64,000 nt of DNA from Euryarchaeota archaeon UBA103 (lineage in GTDB: Archaea > Thermoplasmatota > Poseidoniia > Poseidoniales > Thalassarchaeaceae), in NCBI GenBank assembly GCA_002506825.1, contig DAYH01000023.1, positions 5,593 through 69,592 of the forward strand, given 5' to 3'. A model generated the notes under the pieces. The model was not told the origin of the DNA. It was given only the letters and a program-made list of their open reading frames with translations, and made no database searches. Shown piece by piece: positions 55,365 through 64,000 of the stretch. The position numbers and the translations under genes are program-made. How positions within the stretch are numbered: position 1 is the first letter of the stretch; each line of letters opens with the position of its first letter.

Positions 55365-56696
55365 TTGTTAATCCGAAGAAGTGATGTCTACGAGTCCTTA
55401 CGATATGGCATGGAGGGGCCGACGCGGGAGTCTATCGATCGTGCGCTTGGGAGCCTAACAAGTGTGGACAATATTGTACTGAAGAGGCTCGGAGATAATG
55501 GCAAGGCTTGGATTGTCGGTGGGTGGGTGAGGGATTCTCTTTCAGGCGGGAGTCCCGAGGACATGGATATTGCAACAACCCTTAATCCTGAACAAATAAA
55601 ATCAATTTTTCCTAAGTCACTAATGGTCGGAGCCAGCTTTGGGACTGTAATAGTTAGATTAGATGATGATCTTGGAGATGGCTCAGAGTGGCAAGTCACG
55701 ACACTAAGAAGCGAGGGCGAATATTCCGATGGCAGAAGGCCCGGCAAAGTGAGTTTCCTTGAGGGAGGAGAAGAAAATAGCGGAATTATTGCAGACCTAG
55801 GCCGGAGGGATTTCACAATTAATTCAATGGCAATTGATGCAGAAGGTGGATTCTTAGACCCTCATGGCGGATTAAATGACTTAGAATCGGGCGTTCTGAA
55901 ATCAGTGGGCGATGCTAAAGAGAGATTCAAGGAAGACGGTTTGAGAGTACTTCGTGCATTTAGGTTCCTTGATGGCGGGAGAATGGGCATAAGGGAGATG
56001 GACGATTCGCTCAGAAACGGTATTTTGTCGTCCAAAGAATTTCTATCCGGAATATCTAGGGAAAGAGTGGGCATGGAGATGTCCAAGATACTGAGTGGTG
56101 AAAATACACATTCTATTGCCTCCCAGATGTTATCATTGGGAGTATTGAGTAGAGTATTCGAGGACCTCCCTCTGGATTTGCCCCCCGAATTATCTACAAA
56201 ATATTTAGTCAATCTAGCTTTATTGCTTAGAGGCAGTGAGCTTTCTGGTGAAATGCTCTCGGCTAGGTTGAGGGACCTATTAGTTCTCTCCAAGAATGAT
56301 CTCTTGGAAGTATCCATAATGCACGAATGTAGGAACATGATTCTAGATTCGTCAATAAAGTCCTCCAGGAGATTCACTGCCGCTGTTCCGGACGAGAGAA
56401 AGGAGATGCTTCTCGATTATCTACAGAAATCTGGAACAGACACAGAGGATTTCGTGAAATCGATTGAAGACATAAATGGCCATGGACTACATCTAGATCC
56501 GCTCGTAAAAGGGGCGAGACTGGTCAGTGTAACTGGCCTTCAGCCGGGACCGCGTCTGGGGAGGCTAAAGGGGTGGCTCCACAGAAGGCAGATTGAAGAG
56601 GCATCCAAATCCGAAGAGGAGGTACTAGAGTTCCTTTCAGATATTGACTGGGAGCTATCCGATTACCGAGAATGGGAACACCTAAGCTGGCCCTAG
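55365..56696 (+). CDS. cca: class II tRNA nucleotidyltransferase (CCA-adding enzyme / poly(A) polymerase family)
   Basis: Class II head-domain motifs are present: VGGWVRDSL, DMDIAT, GRRDFTINSMA and EDGLRVLRAFRF. The start is TTG at 55365 or ATG at 55410. Confidence 0.8.
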   Translation: MLIRRSDVYESLRYGMEGPTRESIDRALGSLTSVDNIVLKRLGDNGKAWIVGGWVRDSLSGGSPEDMDIATTLNPEQIKSIFPKSLMVGASFGTVIVRLDDDLGDGSEWQVTTLRSEGEYSDGRRPGKVSFLEGGEENSGIIADLGRRDFTINSMAIDAEGGFLDPHGGLNDLESGVLKSVGDAKERFKEDGLRVLRAFRFLDGGRMGIREMDDSLRNGILSSKEFLSGISRERVGMEMSKILSGENTHSIASQMLSLGVLSRVFEDLPLDLPPELSTKYLVNLALLLRGSELSGEMLSARLRDLLVLSKNDLLEVSIMHECRNMILDSSIKSSRRFTAAVPDERKEMLLDYLQKSGTDTEDFVKSIEDINGHGLHLDPLVKGARLVSVTGLQPGPRLGRLKGWLHRRQIEEASKSEEEVLEFLSDIDWELSDYREWEHLSWP

Positions 56697-57230
56697 TCAG
56701 GGCAACTCGTTTAGCATAACCAAGTACTCATCCTTGTCCATGAATTGGTCTTCGTCGAAATCATCAGAGAACGTCTTGACAATTACGCACCACGCATCCC
56801 CATAGGCGTCCTCATTTACTATGTCGGGATTATCCTCGACATGTCCGTTTAATTCAACAATTGTACACGAAATTGGAGCATTAATCAGCATTCTATCAAA
56901 TTCGCCATCGTACCTAGTAGTTACTGTAATCAAAAGCTCATCAGTATCCACTTGCCCTCCCATTGTTTCGGATTTAGGAGATTTTTGTTCGTCGTCGTCC
57001 TCGGATAGGCCAGAGTCGGCCTCGATTTCAAAATCACTATCATCACGAGGTCGCGCCAGAACCACTTGTATCACTTCTCCGAACTCAGCCATCAGAAATT
57101 CACTGAGTCCTATCTTGATACTAGTCGTTCCTTCGTCCTTATCCTCATCCAAAACTTGCATCCAAAGATGGTCAAGCGTGTATAGGCGGTCGTGTGCAAT
57201 GCTGAACTCTGCGTAGTCGCTGTCGGCCAT
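56697..57230 (-). CDS. glycine-cleavage H-protein-like protein, atypical (acidic insert, no lysine at the lipoyl position)
   Basis: H-protein framework motifs are present: YTLDHLWMQV, IKIGLSEFLMAEFGEVIQV, APISCTIVELN and EDAYGDAWCVIVK. The segment aligned to ESVKA reads TVTTRYDGEFDRML. Confidence 0.6.
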   Translation of the reverse strand: MADSDYAEFSIAHDRLYTLDHLWMQVLDEDKDEGTTSIKIGLSEFLMAEFGEVIQVVLARPRDDSDFEIEADSGLSEDDDEQKSPKSETMGGQVDTDELLITVTTRYDGEFDRMLINAPISCTIVELNGHVEDNPDIVNEDAYGDAWCVIVKTFSDDFDEDQFMDKDEYLVMLNELP

Positions 57231-57333
57231 GTTACCCGCACCGCCGCCCTCAATATCTCATTTCAACTATTCGTTTCTAGAGATTTGAGAATTACCCAAC
57301 AAGATATTAACAATGTAGTGCCTTTCGGATGTT

Positions 57334-58518
57334 ATGAGCACTATGAATTTTCAAGAGTCAGAAGAGCAGAATATGATTAGAAATATGGTCAGAAGCTTTG
57401 CCGAGGAGGTCCTTCTTCCGACCACACTGGTGAGAGATAAAGAGCAGATGGCCCCTTTGGAAGAATGGGCCAGTTTCTGTGAAACTAGCCTTCAAGGAAT
57501 TACCATAGAAGAGGAGTATGGCGGAAGTCCGGTCGATGATATCACCGAAGCGATAATTGTGGAAGAGTTAGCCAGAGTTGATCCGTCCTTCTCAGTGATG
57601 TATTGTGTACATGTGGGACTGTGCGCCAAGACGATTTCCATTCATGGTAATGAAGAACAGAAGAATAAGTATCTTACTAGGCTAGCAGGCAAAGAAATAG
57701 GCGCGTATTCTCTTTCTGAGGCTGGTTCGGGTACAGATGCGGCGGCAATGGTTTGCAAAGCTAAAATGAGCGAGGATGGGACTCATTACATCTTGAATGG
57801 TGAAAAAATGTGGGTTACTAACGGCTCCAGTGCAGATATATATGTCCTATTCGCCAAAGATGTTGATCATCCCGAGTATGGCGTAAAGAAACATGGGGGA
57901 ACCACTGCCTTCATTGTTGAGAAGGGATTCAAGGGATTCTCAGTCGGAAAAAAGGAAGACAAACTGGGAATTCGTTCCTCGGATACTTGCTCTCTCCTGC
58001 TAGAGGATTGTATGGTGCCGGTCGAGAATGTGTTGAAGGGCGCAGGAGAAGGATTTCCAATCGCCATGAATGCTTTAGACAATTCTCGCATAGGGATTGC
58101 CGCTCAGGCACTTGGAATAGCTCAGGGGTCGTTTGAATCGGCATTAAACTACTCACAGGAACGCCAGACTTTCGGAAAGCCGATTTCCTATCACCAGAGT
58201 ATAGGAAATATTCTCGCGGATATGTCAACACAGATTGAAGCGGCCAGAATGATGGTTTACAAGGCGGCATGGGCTAAACAGGTTCACTACGAAGAGGGCG
58301 GGCCTAGGCATACCAAGGAGGCTAGTATGGCAAAGTTATTTGCCGGGGATACGGCAATGTGGGTCTCTGAAAGAGCGGTTCAAGTGTTGGGAGGTTATGG
58401 ATATACTACTGATTTCCCTGTTGAGAGATTCTTTAGGGATGCTAAGATAACTCAAATTTACGAAGGTACTCAGGAAGTCCAGAGGATTGTCATCAACAGG
58501 GCGATTCAACCTAAGTGA
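57334..58518 (+). CDS. acyl-CoA dehydrogenase (short/branched-chain type)
   Basis: ACAD motifs are present: GAYSLSEAGSGTDAAAM, KMWVTNGS, QIYEGTQEVQR, and the catalytic Glu region YEGT. Length is 394 aa. Confidence 0.88.
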   Translation: MSTMNFQESEEQNMIRNMVRSFAEEVLLPTTLVRDKEQMAPLEEWASFCETSLQGITIEEEYGGSPVDDITEAIIVEELARVDPSFSVMYCVHVGLCAKTISIHGNEEQKNKYLTRLAGKEIGAYSLSEAGSGTDAAAMVCKAKMSEDGTHYILNGEKMWVTNGSSADIYVLFAKDVDHPEYGVKKHGGTTAFIVEKGFKGFSVGKKEDKLGIRSSDTCSLLLEDCMVPVENVLKGAGEGFPIAMNALDNSRIGIAAQALGIAQGSFESALNYSQERQTFGKPISYHQSIGNILADMSTQIEAARMMVYKAAWAKQVHYEEGGPRHTKEASMAKLFAGDTAMWVSERAVQVLGGYGYTTDFPVERFFRDAKITQIYEGTQEVQRIVINRAIQPK

Positions 58519-58543
58519 TGTGTTTTATTCGGCAACTAGGGAT

Positions 58544-60094
58544 CTAATTGACCCATGCATATCGCCTCTGGCCTTCCAGATCACCTTCAGCACCGATTCC
58601 CATTAGGGCGAATTCGCCACTCGGGGGTACCACAGATTCTTTTCTCGAACCCCTGTGTAGAGATTCGTAAATCGTCTTGTCGATTGGTTTCCTTGATGAG
58701 AGCCTCTCAAATAGTTCGAATTTAGAAGATATCTCCTTCCATTCTGGCTGGACCTCTCCCTCGAAGACCTTGGCCTTGGCCCCAGATCCGTAGCCGCAAA
58801 GCCCTACCTTATGCCCTCCCATTTCTGTCCCATCCAGATAGTCACTCTCCATAGCGGACATTAGTGCTAAGAAAATTGAGCCTGTATATTGATTTCCAAT
58901 CAAGCTTGATGCCCTCTGTGTCTTCTCAATCCTCTGCTCAGCGAACTGTTTGAATTCATCTGTCTTGGAAATCAGTCTCCTGTAATAATCATTGGCGCGC
59001 TCAAATTCATCCAATCCTTCTGCAGTGTCGGGGAAGGAACCAGGGAGCGGTTCCGGGCCGATCTCTTCTGTTATAGCATCCCAAACTGGGAGATCCCTTC
59101 TGTCATGCCTGAAGACATCCGGAAACATTCTCTTGCCCTGAAATGCATAGGGGAGGTGTACGATAATCCTCAGCCACTGCTCAGTCAGTATCTCATCGAC
59201 CTCTGGATCGTATCTTCCATCCCTGATGGCCTTAGATCTAAAGTCAATAAATGCTGTTTTTACTGATTCAGAATAGCACCGATTAGAGAATTGCCCATCA
59301 AAAACTGGCATATCCTTATGGATCATCAGCTTTTCATTTTCGAACATTATGTCGTCCTTTTTTGACGACATTGGGAGGAATTTGAGGATTTTCTCTGCTA
59401 GGCCGTCTTTCACCCTCTCACCACTCTCCTTGGCGATTTCTAGTACGTTTTCTATTATCATCCTAGTATTTACTTCTCTTCTCGGCTTGAAGAAGTCGTG
59501 GACGGGCATTGTGGAGACTCCCCAAATATCTGGAATAGTGAGAAGTCTCGGGTTGTGCCTGATTAGAATTGCACCTCCTCCTGCCCCTTGGGTATACTCT
59601 CCACTGGAGCCTAGGTCATACTTGGCATTATCAGCGAAAACCACTATGCCGATCCTGTCCTTATCTGGGCCTCCTCTGGCCACCCAATCCAATGTATTGT
59701 GCATGGCATCTACAGCACCAATACATGCGAATGTCAAATCTACGACATCACAGTTTCTGAAGCAATTTTCACCATATTTTTCAGAATACCTCTGCTCTAG
59801 CATGTCCATTATGTAGGTGGCAGTTGGTTTGGCCCCATCTAGAGCGGACTCTGTGCCCAGATAAATACGGCCGATTTTATTGGGATCAATATCATTCCGA
59901 TCAATTAGCCTAGAGGTTGCATTGGCGCCCATAGTAGCAGTATCCTCATGAACATCTGGAATCGCCATCGCAGATAGTCCGAGTCCCTTGTTTAACTTCG
60001 CAAAATCTGCACCACGGAACTCAGCAAAGTCCTTCATATCGAAGTAGAGCCTAGGAAAATGAATAGCAATATCATCTATACCGACATCTGACAT
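58544..60094 (-). CDS. hydroxymethylglutaryl-CoA synthase, long form
   Basis: HMGCS catalytic motifs are present: YLGTESALD (Glu), TFACIGAVDAM (Cys), VHLPY (His), NQYTGSIFLAL and CGYGSG. At 516 aa it is much longer than typical archaeal HMGCS of about 350 aa. Confidence 0.8.
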   Translation of the reverse strand: MSDVGIDDIAIHFPRLYFDMKDFAEFRGADFAKLNKGLGLSAMAIPDVHEDTATMGANATSRLIDRNDIDPNKIGRIYLGTESALDGAKPTATYIMDMLEQRYSEKYGENCFRNCDVVDLTFACIGAVDAMHNTLDWVARGGPDKDRIGIVVFADNAKYDLGSSGEYTQGAGGGAILIRHNPRLLTIPDIWGVSTMPVHDFFKPRREVNTRMIIENVLEIAKESGERVKDGLAEKILKFLPMSSKKDDIMFENEKLMIHKDMPVFDGQFSNRCYSESVKTAFIDFRSKAIRDGRYDPEVDEILTEQWLRIIVHLPYAFQGKRMFPDVFRHDRRDLPVWDAITEEIGPEPLPGSFPDTAEGLDEFERANDYYRRLISKTDEFKQFAEQRIEKTQRASSLIGNQYTGSIFLALMSAMESDYLDGTEMGGHKVGLCGYGSGAKAKVFEGEVQPEWKEISSKFELFERLSSRKPIDKTIYESLHRGSRKESVVPPSGEFALMGIGAEGDLEGQRRYAWVN

Positions 60095-60175
60095 TATTTC
60101 ACCAGCCTCGCGTAGTAATGGGGGTTATGATACCTGTCCCTAAAGAAACGTTCCAAAAGCGGAAAATCGGATGAA

Positions 60176-61291
60176 TCACTTTGATGCGGAGAGTGATTCC
60201 ATCCTATCGAGTAATTCTGGATTACTTTGAAAATGCTTGGAAAGTGGCGAAAGTATCTCGGAAAGAGCATCTGCGACTGCTATTTTAGCATCTAATGGAT
60301 GTACATTTCCATCGGAAACTGATGTTGCAAACTCACTTGAACTGGAGAAACTAGAGGGAGTACCATACTTTGGGTCGGGAGTTACGACTATTTTCCCTGT
60401 CCTTGGTATGATAACATGCTCCACTATCTCAAAGACAGCGGAGGACTCGTTTCCTACCTCTAGAAATGCTTTCTTCATTTTCTTACGAAGGGAATCTTTG
60501 GAGTCATGTAGAATTATGGCATTATTTGGATCTGACTTGGACATTTTGTATTCGAAGGAGTCCATTCTGCCTCCAGAGCCTTTCAATCCAGAAAGCATAG
60601 GCGTATGGATACAAGTTGGCTTGGTCCATCCATTACGATCTGCTACCTCCCTCATGTACATGTGAGCTTTTCTCTGATCCATCCCTCCAAACGCTATGTC
60701 CACCTCTAGTTCGAAGATATCTGCGGCCTGTAAGGCAGGATAATAGAAGGCAGATAAATCGTGATCAGATGAGTCCTCATCCCTTCCCATTATACTGAAT
60801 GTCCTCCTGACTCGTGAGAGACTCATATTCTTGGAACATCTTAGTACCCTCTCCCAGTATTTCCCGGAGTCCATCACCTCTGATGCGCGAACAAATCTAA
60901 CCTGTCCGGGGCCACTGCCCAACTCTGGATAGTCGAGTAGAGCCGAGAAGACATCTGACATATAATCCGCAGCCAGGGATATCTTCTCCATATCTCGTCC
61001 GAATTTGTCATTCACCCACGCATGCCAATCCGCAAGTAGGATAATCACATTTACTCCTTCATCCAACATTTTCTTTATCGTTCCTGAAAGAAGCAACCAG
61101 CCTAGGTGAGCTTTGCCACTGGGCTCAAGACCAATGTAAGCGACCAGTTGATCGTCCCCCGAGTGAGACGGCGCACCAGATAGTACAGACTCTACATGTT
61201 CTATTCCGACGACCTCAGCGCAATCTGAGAACATCCTATCTGCGACGGGATATCGAATCTCATCATCTGACTGGTTTTCGTCGGCGGGCAT
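60176..61291 (-). CDS. tyrS: tyrosine--tRNA ligase (archaeal type)
   Basis: YIGLEPSGKAHLGW carries the HIGH-type motif and KMSKSDP the KMSKS motif. ILLADWHAWVNDK and GGMDQRKAHM are colinear with archaeal TyrRS as I recall it for M. jannaschii. Confidence 0.85.
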   Translation of the reverse strand: MPADENQSDDEIRYPVADRMFSDCAEVVGIEHVESVLSGAPSHSGDDQLVAYIGLEPSGKAHLGWLLLSGTIKKMLDEGVNVIILLADWHAWVNDKFGRDMEKISLAADYMSDVFSALLDYPELGSGPGQVRFVRASEVMDSGKYWERVLRCSKNMSLSRVRRTFSIMGRDEDSSDHDLSAFYYPALQAADIFELEVDIAFGGMDQRKAHMYMREVADRNGWTKPTCIHTPMLSGLKGSGGRMDSFEYKMSKSDPNNAIILHDSKDSLRKKMKKAFLEVGNESSAVFEIVEHVIIPRTGKIVVTPDPKYGTPSSFSSSSEFATSVSDGNVHPLDAKIAVADALSEILSPLSKHFQSNPELLDRMESLSASK

Positions 61292-61299
61292 TCTTTCAC

Positions 61300-61911
61300 C
61301 TAATTGAATAGCTTGTTTAGCTTCTCCGCCCTTCCGGCCGCTTTCGTATTTTCACTGGATTCGAGAGCTTCCTCGATTTCAGAAATCAGATTCTCTGCTT
61401 GATCGACCTTGTCCTGAGGAACGGAGTCAGACATTGACATAAAATGCCGGGCGGCGGAGACGGCGGATTTCGCCTTGGATGCTTTTTTGGCCCACTCCTT
61501 CGCTTTATCGCCCCTCTGCTTTGAGTTATACCCAGTGGCGTCATCCAGGAACGTTGTCCATCTCCTTCGATCATCCATAGCAGATTTCATAGCATCGGGA
61601 TTTTCAAAGTCGGGAGCAACATTGGTTACATCAATTATTAGTGCGTTTCCTTCGAATCTTCCAGAAATGGAAGTCATAATGCCATGAGAGCCTTTGAACG
61701 AGGTGTCATCAGTAGACTGTACGTCATCAAAATACTTGCCAGCCAATGCCGATAGCCCTCCTTCTTCAATAATTTGCTTAACCATTCCGCGTCGTACATC
61801 GAATCGCTCCATGCTTCCCGGCTTACTAGGGCATTCTTCAATTCTGCCATCATGAAGGGCCGGATATTGAGTTACGAACGGGCTATAGTCAAAGGGCATA
61901 TCGGAAAACAT
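61300..61911 (-). CDS. hypothetical cytoplasmic protein, co-directional with and 8 nt upstream of tyrS
   Basis: The 203-aa ORF has ordinary composition and a Lys/Ala-rich helical C-terminus. I recognised no family. Confidence 0.5.
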   Translation of the reverse strand: MFSDMPFDYSPFVTQYPALHDGRIEECPSKPGSMERFDVRRGMVKQIIEEGGLSALAGKYFDDVQSTDDTSFKGSHGIMTSISGRFEGNALIIDVTNVAPDFENPDAMKSAMDDRRRWTTFLDDATGYNSKQRGDKAKEWAKKASKAKSAVSAARHFMSMSDSVPQDKVDQAENLISEIEEALESSENTKAAGRAEKLNKLFN

Positions 61912-63103
61912 GCGTTCGAGACTGGCGATAGTTCTGTTGATGATTTTTCTCGTATCAAACGTATCATCGTTGTCATCTGGTAGCTCTGCAGTAGAACTGG
62001 ATAATTTTGAGTCACTTCCGGGTGAAGATCTGGGGCTGAATGGAGCTACTCTTAGCCCCTCAAGAGAACTTGTGATAACATTTGGAGAAGAGTCAAAAGT
62101 AGTTATTTTCTCTTCTTCTGACCCTTCTGATTACATTGAAACCCCGTCGTTAGGAAACGATTCTCTCAATGACGCGAGTTTTCACCCCAGTGGAAACTCT
62201 GCATTAATAGTCGGAGATAACGGGACAGTTCTGAGATACTCTGATGTAGATAAATCACTAACTCATGCGGGAGCTGTAAATCTATCTGGATCGGACCTTT
62301 TATCCGTCTCATGGAGTGCTTCTGGGTCGTGGGCATACATTGGCTCCGCAGAAGGAGAAATATGGAGAATAAGGGCGTCTGGAGACGGTGGAACCGAAAC
62401 TCATCTGCTAGAAGGGCTTGCTGGACAAAGTCCTGTGACTTCCATAGATTGTATTTCCGAAGGAATAGTTTGTGTTGCTTCGACTTCATTTAACGGGATA
62501 GCAATAATACAAAGGGACCATTCTTTGAATTGGATCGGGGGTGCGTCGACCCCTTGGGACGACATGAAATGTCTTGATTCTGGTAGTTCATGTGTGGCCA
62601 TATCATCTAATATTTTAGGGACGATCAATGTCAACACTTCCAGTCCTGAGAAGTCTTCTATCTCAGGAGTTGAAATTCTCGGTTTGGATGGCTTTTTCAG
62701 CTCTTTGACGCAACATACAGAAGTTAAATTTTTGATATCCATGGCCCCATTTGGCATCGTAGAACATGATTTGGAGAAGAATGCTACTTTCCCATGGTTA
62801 GAAAATTCAGATGTAGCGGATGAAAATGTTCTTCTATCAGGGGAGAGGATTGTTTCGACGTGGTCTCTAGATGAAAATAACGGTTGGATTCTGACAGATA
62901 GGGGGAATCTAGTATCTTTCTACCCTGTATATAATGCTGAAGAAAACTCTGTCCTTTCATTGATAATTTCGATAGCTGTACTTTTGGCTATAGTCGGTTT
63001 TATCGCCAGCATAATGATGTCCATCTTCGGCTGGGGAACAGACACTAGACCAGATAGGGTCAGAAAAAGGACCAAGTCGAAAGACAGTTATCGAAAGAGA
63101 TAG
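61910..63103 (+). CDS. secreted beta-propeller-like protein with C-terminal TM anchor, hypothetical
   Basis: It has a signal peptide (MRSRLAIVLLMIFLVSNVSS). Repeated strands resemble Ycf48/BNR-like blades (ALIVGDNGTVLRYS, AYIGSAEGEIWRI). A C-terminal helix and basic tail follow. Confidence 0.5.
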   Translation: MRSRLAIVLLMIFLVSNVSSLSSGSSAVELDNFESLPGEDLGLNGATLSPSRELVITFGEESKVVIFSSSDPSDYIETPSLGNDSLNDASFHPSGNSALIVGDNGTVLRYSDVDKSLTHAGAVNLSGSDLLSVSWSASGSWAYIGSAEGEIWRIRASGDGGTETHLLEGLAGQSPVTSIDCISEGIVCVASTSFNGIAIIQRDHSLNWIGGASTPWDDMKCLDSGSSCVAISSNILGTINVNTSSPEKSSISGVEILGLDGFFSSLTQHTEVKFLISMAPFGIVEHDLEKNATFPWLENSDVADENVLLSGERIVSTWSLDENNGWILTDRGNLVSFYPVYNAEENSVLSLIISIAVLLAIVGFIASIMMSIFGWGTDTRPDRVRKRTKSKDSYRKR

Positions 63104-63151
63104 TTTATTCCATACCTTGATGAGTGAAAGTACTACGCGAGGGCTGAGAAC

Positions 63152-64000
63152 ATGCCATTCGATGCTCTGGACTTCTATGATGTTGATTCGCTCCTGACCG
63201 AAGATGAGAGAATGGTAAGGGATATGGTACGTGACTTCGTCGATAAAGATGTCCTTCCAGAGATTGAGCATGCTTGCAGAGATGGTGTTTTTCCAGATGA
63301 ATGGCGAGTTACCCTCGGTGAGATGGGAGTCCTAGGCGCTCCCCTGAAGGGATACGGGTGCCCCGGGCTCTCGTATGCGGCATACGGAGTTATCTGCAGG
63401 GAGCTCGAGAGGGGAGATAGCGGCCTTCGATCGTTTGCGTCCGTGCAGGGGTCATTGGCGATGTATCCAATTTGGGACTTTGGTTCTGAGGATCAGAAGA
63501 ACTACTACCTGCCCAAGATGGCAAGTGGGGAATGGATTGGATGCTTTGGACTGACAGAACCTGACTACGGATCTAATCCAGGCGACATGATCACTAAGGC
63601 AGAAGACATGGGCGATCATTACCTTCTGAATGGTGCCAAGATGTGGATTACTAACGGATCCATTGCCCAATTAGCAGTAGTCTGGGCGAAATTGGATGGT
63701 GTGATTAGAGGATTCATTGTCGAGAAGGATGATGAGGGTTTCTCTGCTCCCGAGATGAAGGGTAAGCACTCACTCAAGGCATCGGTGACCAGTGAACTGG
63801 TTTTCCAAGACTGTAAGATTCCCAAGGATAGGATACTTCCCGGGGTGAAGGGCCTCAGAGGTCCCTTTTCTTGCCTTAACAATGCCAGATATGGAATATC
63901 CTGGGGAGCCATAGGGTCCGCTCAGGCGTGCTTCGACTCGGCGAAGGAGTACTCCCTCAGTAGGATTCAGTTCGAACATCCGATAGCTTCCTATCAACTA
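63152..64000 (+). CDS. gcdH: glutaryl-CoA dehydrogenase-like acyl-CoA dehydrogenase, partial (runs off right edge)
   Basis: Not in the ORF track. My translation from the ATG at 63152 reads MPFDALDFYDVDSLLTEDERMVRDMVRDFVDKDVLPEI...GCFGLTEPDYGSNPGDMITKAE...LNGAKMWITNGSIAQLAVVWAK. The frame is open to 64000 (283 codons). Confidence 0.85.
   Translation, partial: MPFDALDFYDVDSLLTEDERMVRDMVRDFVDKDVLPEIEHACRDGVFPDEWRVTLGEMGVLGAPLKGYGCPGLSYAAYGVICRELERGDSGLRSFASVQGSLAMYPIWDFGSEDQKNYYLPKMASGEWIGCFGLTEPDYGSNPGDMITKAEDMGDHYLLNGAKMWITNGSIAQLAVVWAKLDGVIRGFIVEKDDEGFSAPEMKGKHSLKASVTSELVFQDCKIPKDRILPGVKGLRGPFSCLNNARYGISWGAIGSAQACFDSAKEYSLSRIQFEHPIASYQL

Overview
This is a compact, roughly 90% coding chromosomal segment. 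It looks like an uncultured marine planktonic archaeon, most consistent with a Marine Group II/III (Poseidoniales-like, Thermoplasmatota) genome; that placement is inferred from gene content only. Archaeal information-processing genes are present: TFB, the PolD small subunit, archaeal-type PheRS-alpha and TyrRS, Nob1 and a MoaD/SAMP-like protein. They sit among folate-dependent one-carbon and glycine-cleavage genes (glyA, gcvPA, gcvPB, gcvT, folD, and an atypical gcvH-like gene). Also present are purine genes (purE, GMP synthase subunit B), a bacterial-style sufS-sufE-DUF59 set, two acyl-CoA dehydrogenases, a long HMG-CoA synthase, and six dispersed tRNA genes that all encode their CCA end. 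The accessory content is mostly large, acidic, secreted or membrane-anchored proteins. These include a lamin-tail-domain/PLD-family enzyme coupled to thymidine phosphorylase, a 1341-aa M60-like peptidase lipoprotein, a thrombospondin-type-3-repeat protein with a PGF-CTERM-like end, an S15-family peptidase, and an 890-aa two-TM protein that by eye carries CD36/scavenger-receptor-B motifs. The most interesting region is 34.7-43.6 kb. It is a tightly coupled seven-gene cluster whose products are all predicted to be extracytoplasmic: two LVIVD beta-propeller paralogs, two small beta-sandwich paralogs with a predicted mature N-terminal His, two SCO1/SenC paralogs with inserted domains, and a YHYH-domain protein. 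I read it as an uncharacterised extracellular (probably copper) metalloprotein system. I saw no rRNA, CRISPR array, transposase or integrase. All family calls rest on motif recognition by eye and no searches were run. Coordinates I derived myself (tRNAs, alternative starts, motifs) may be off by 1-2 nt.
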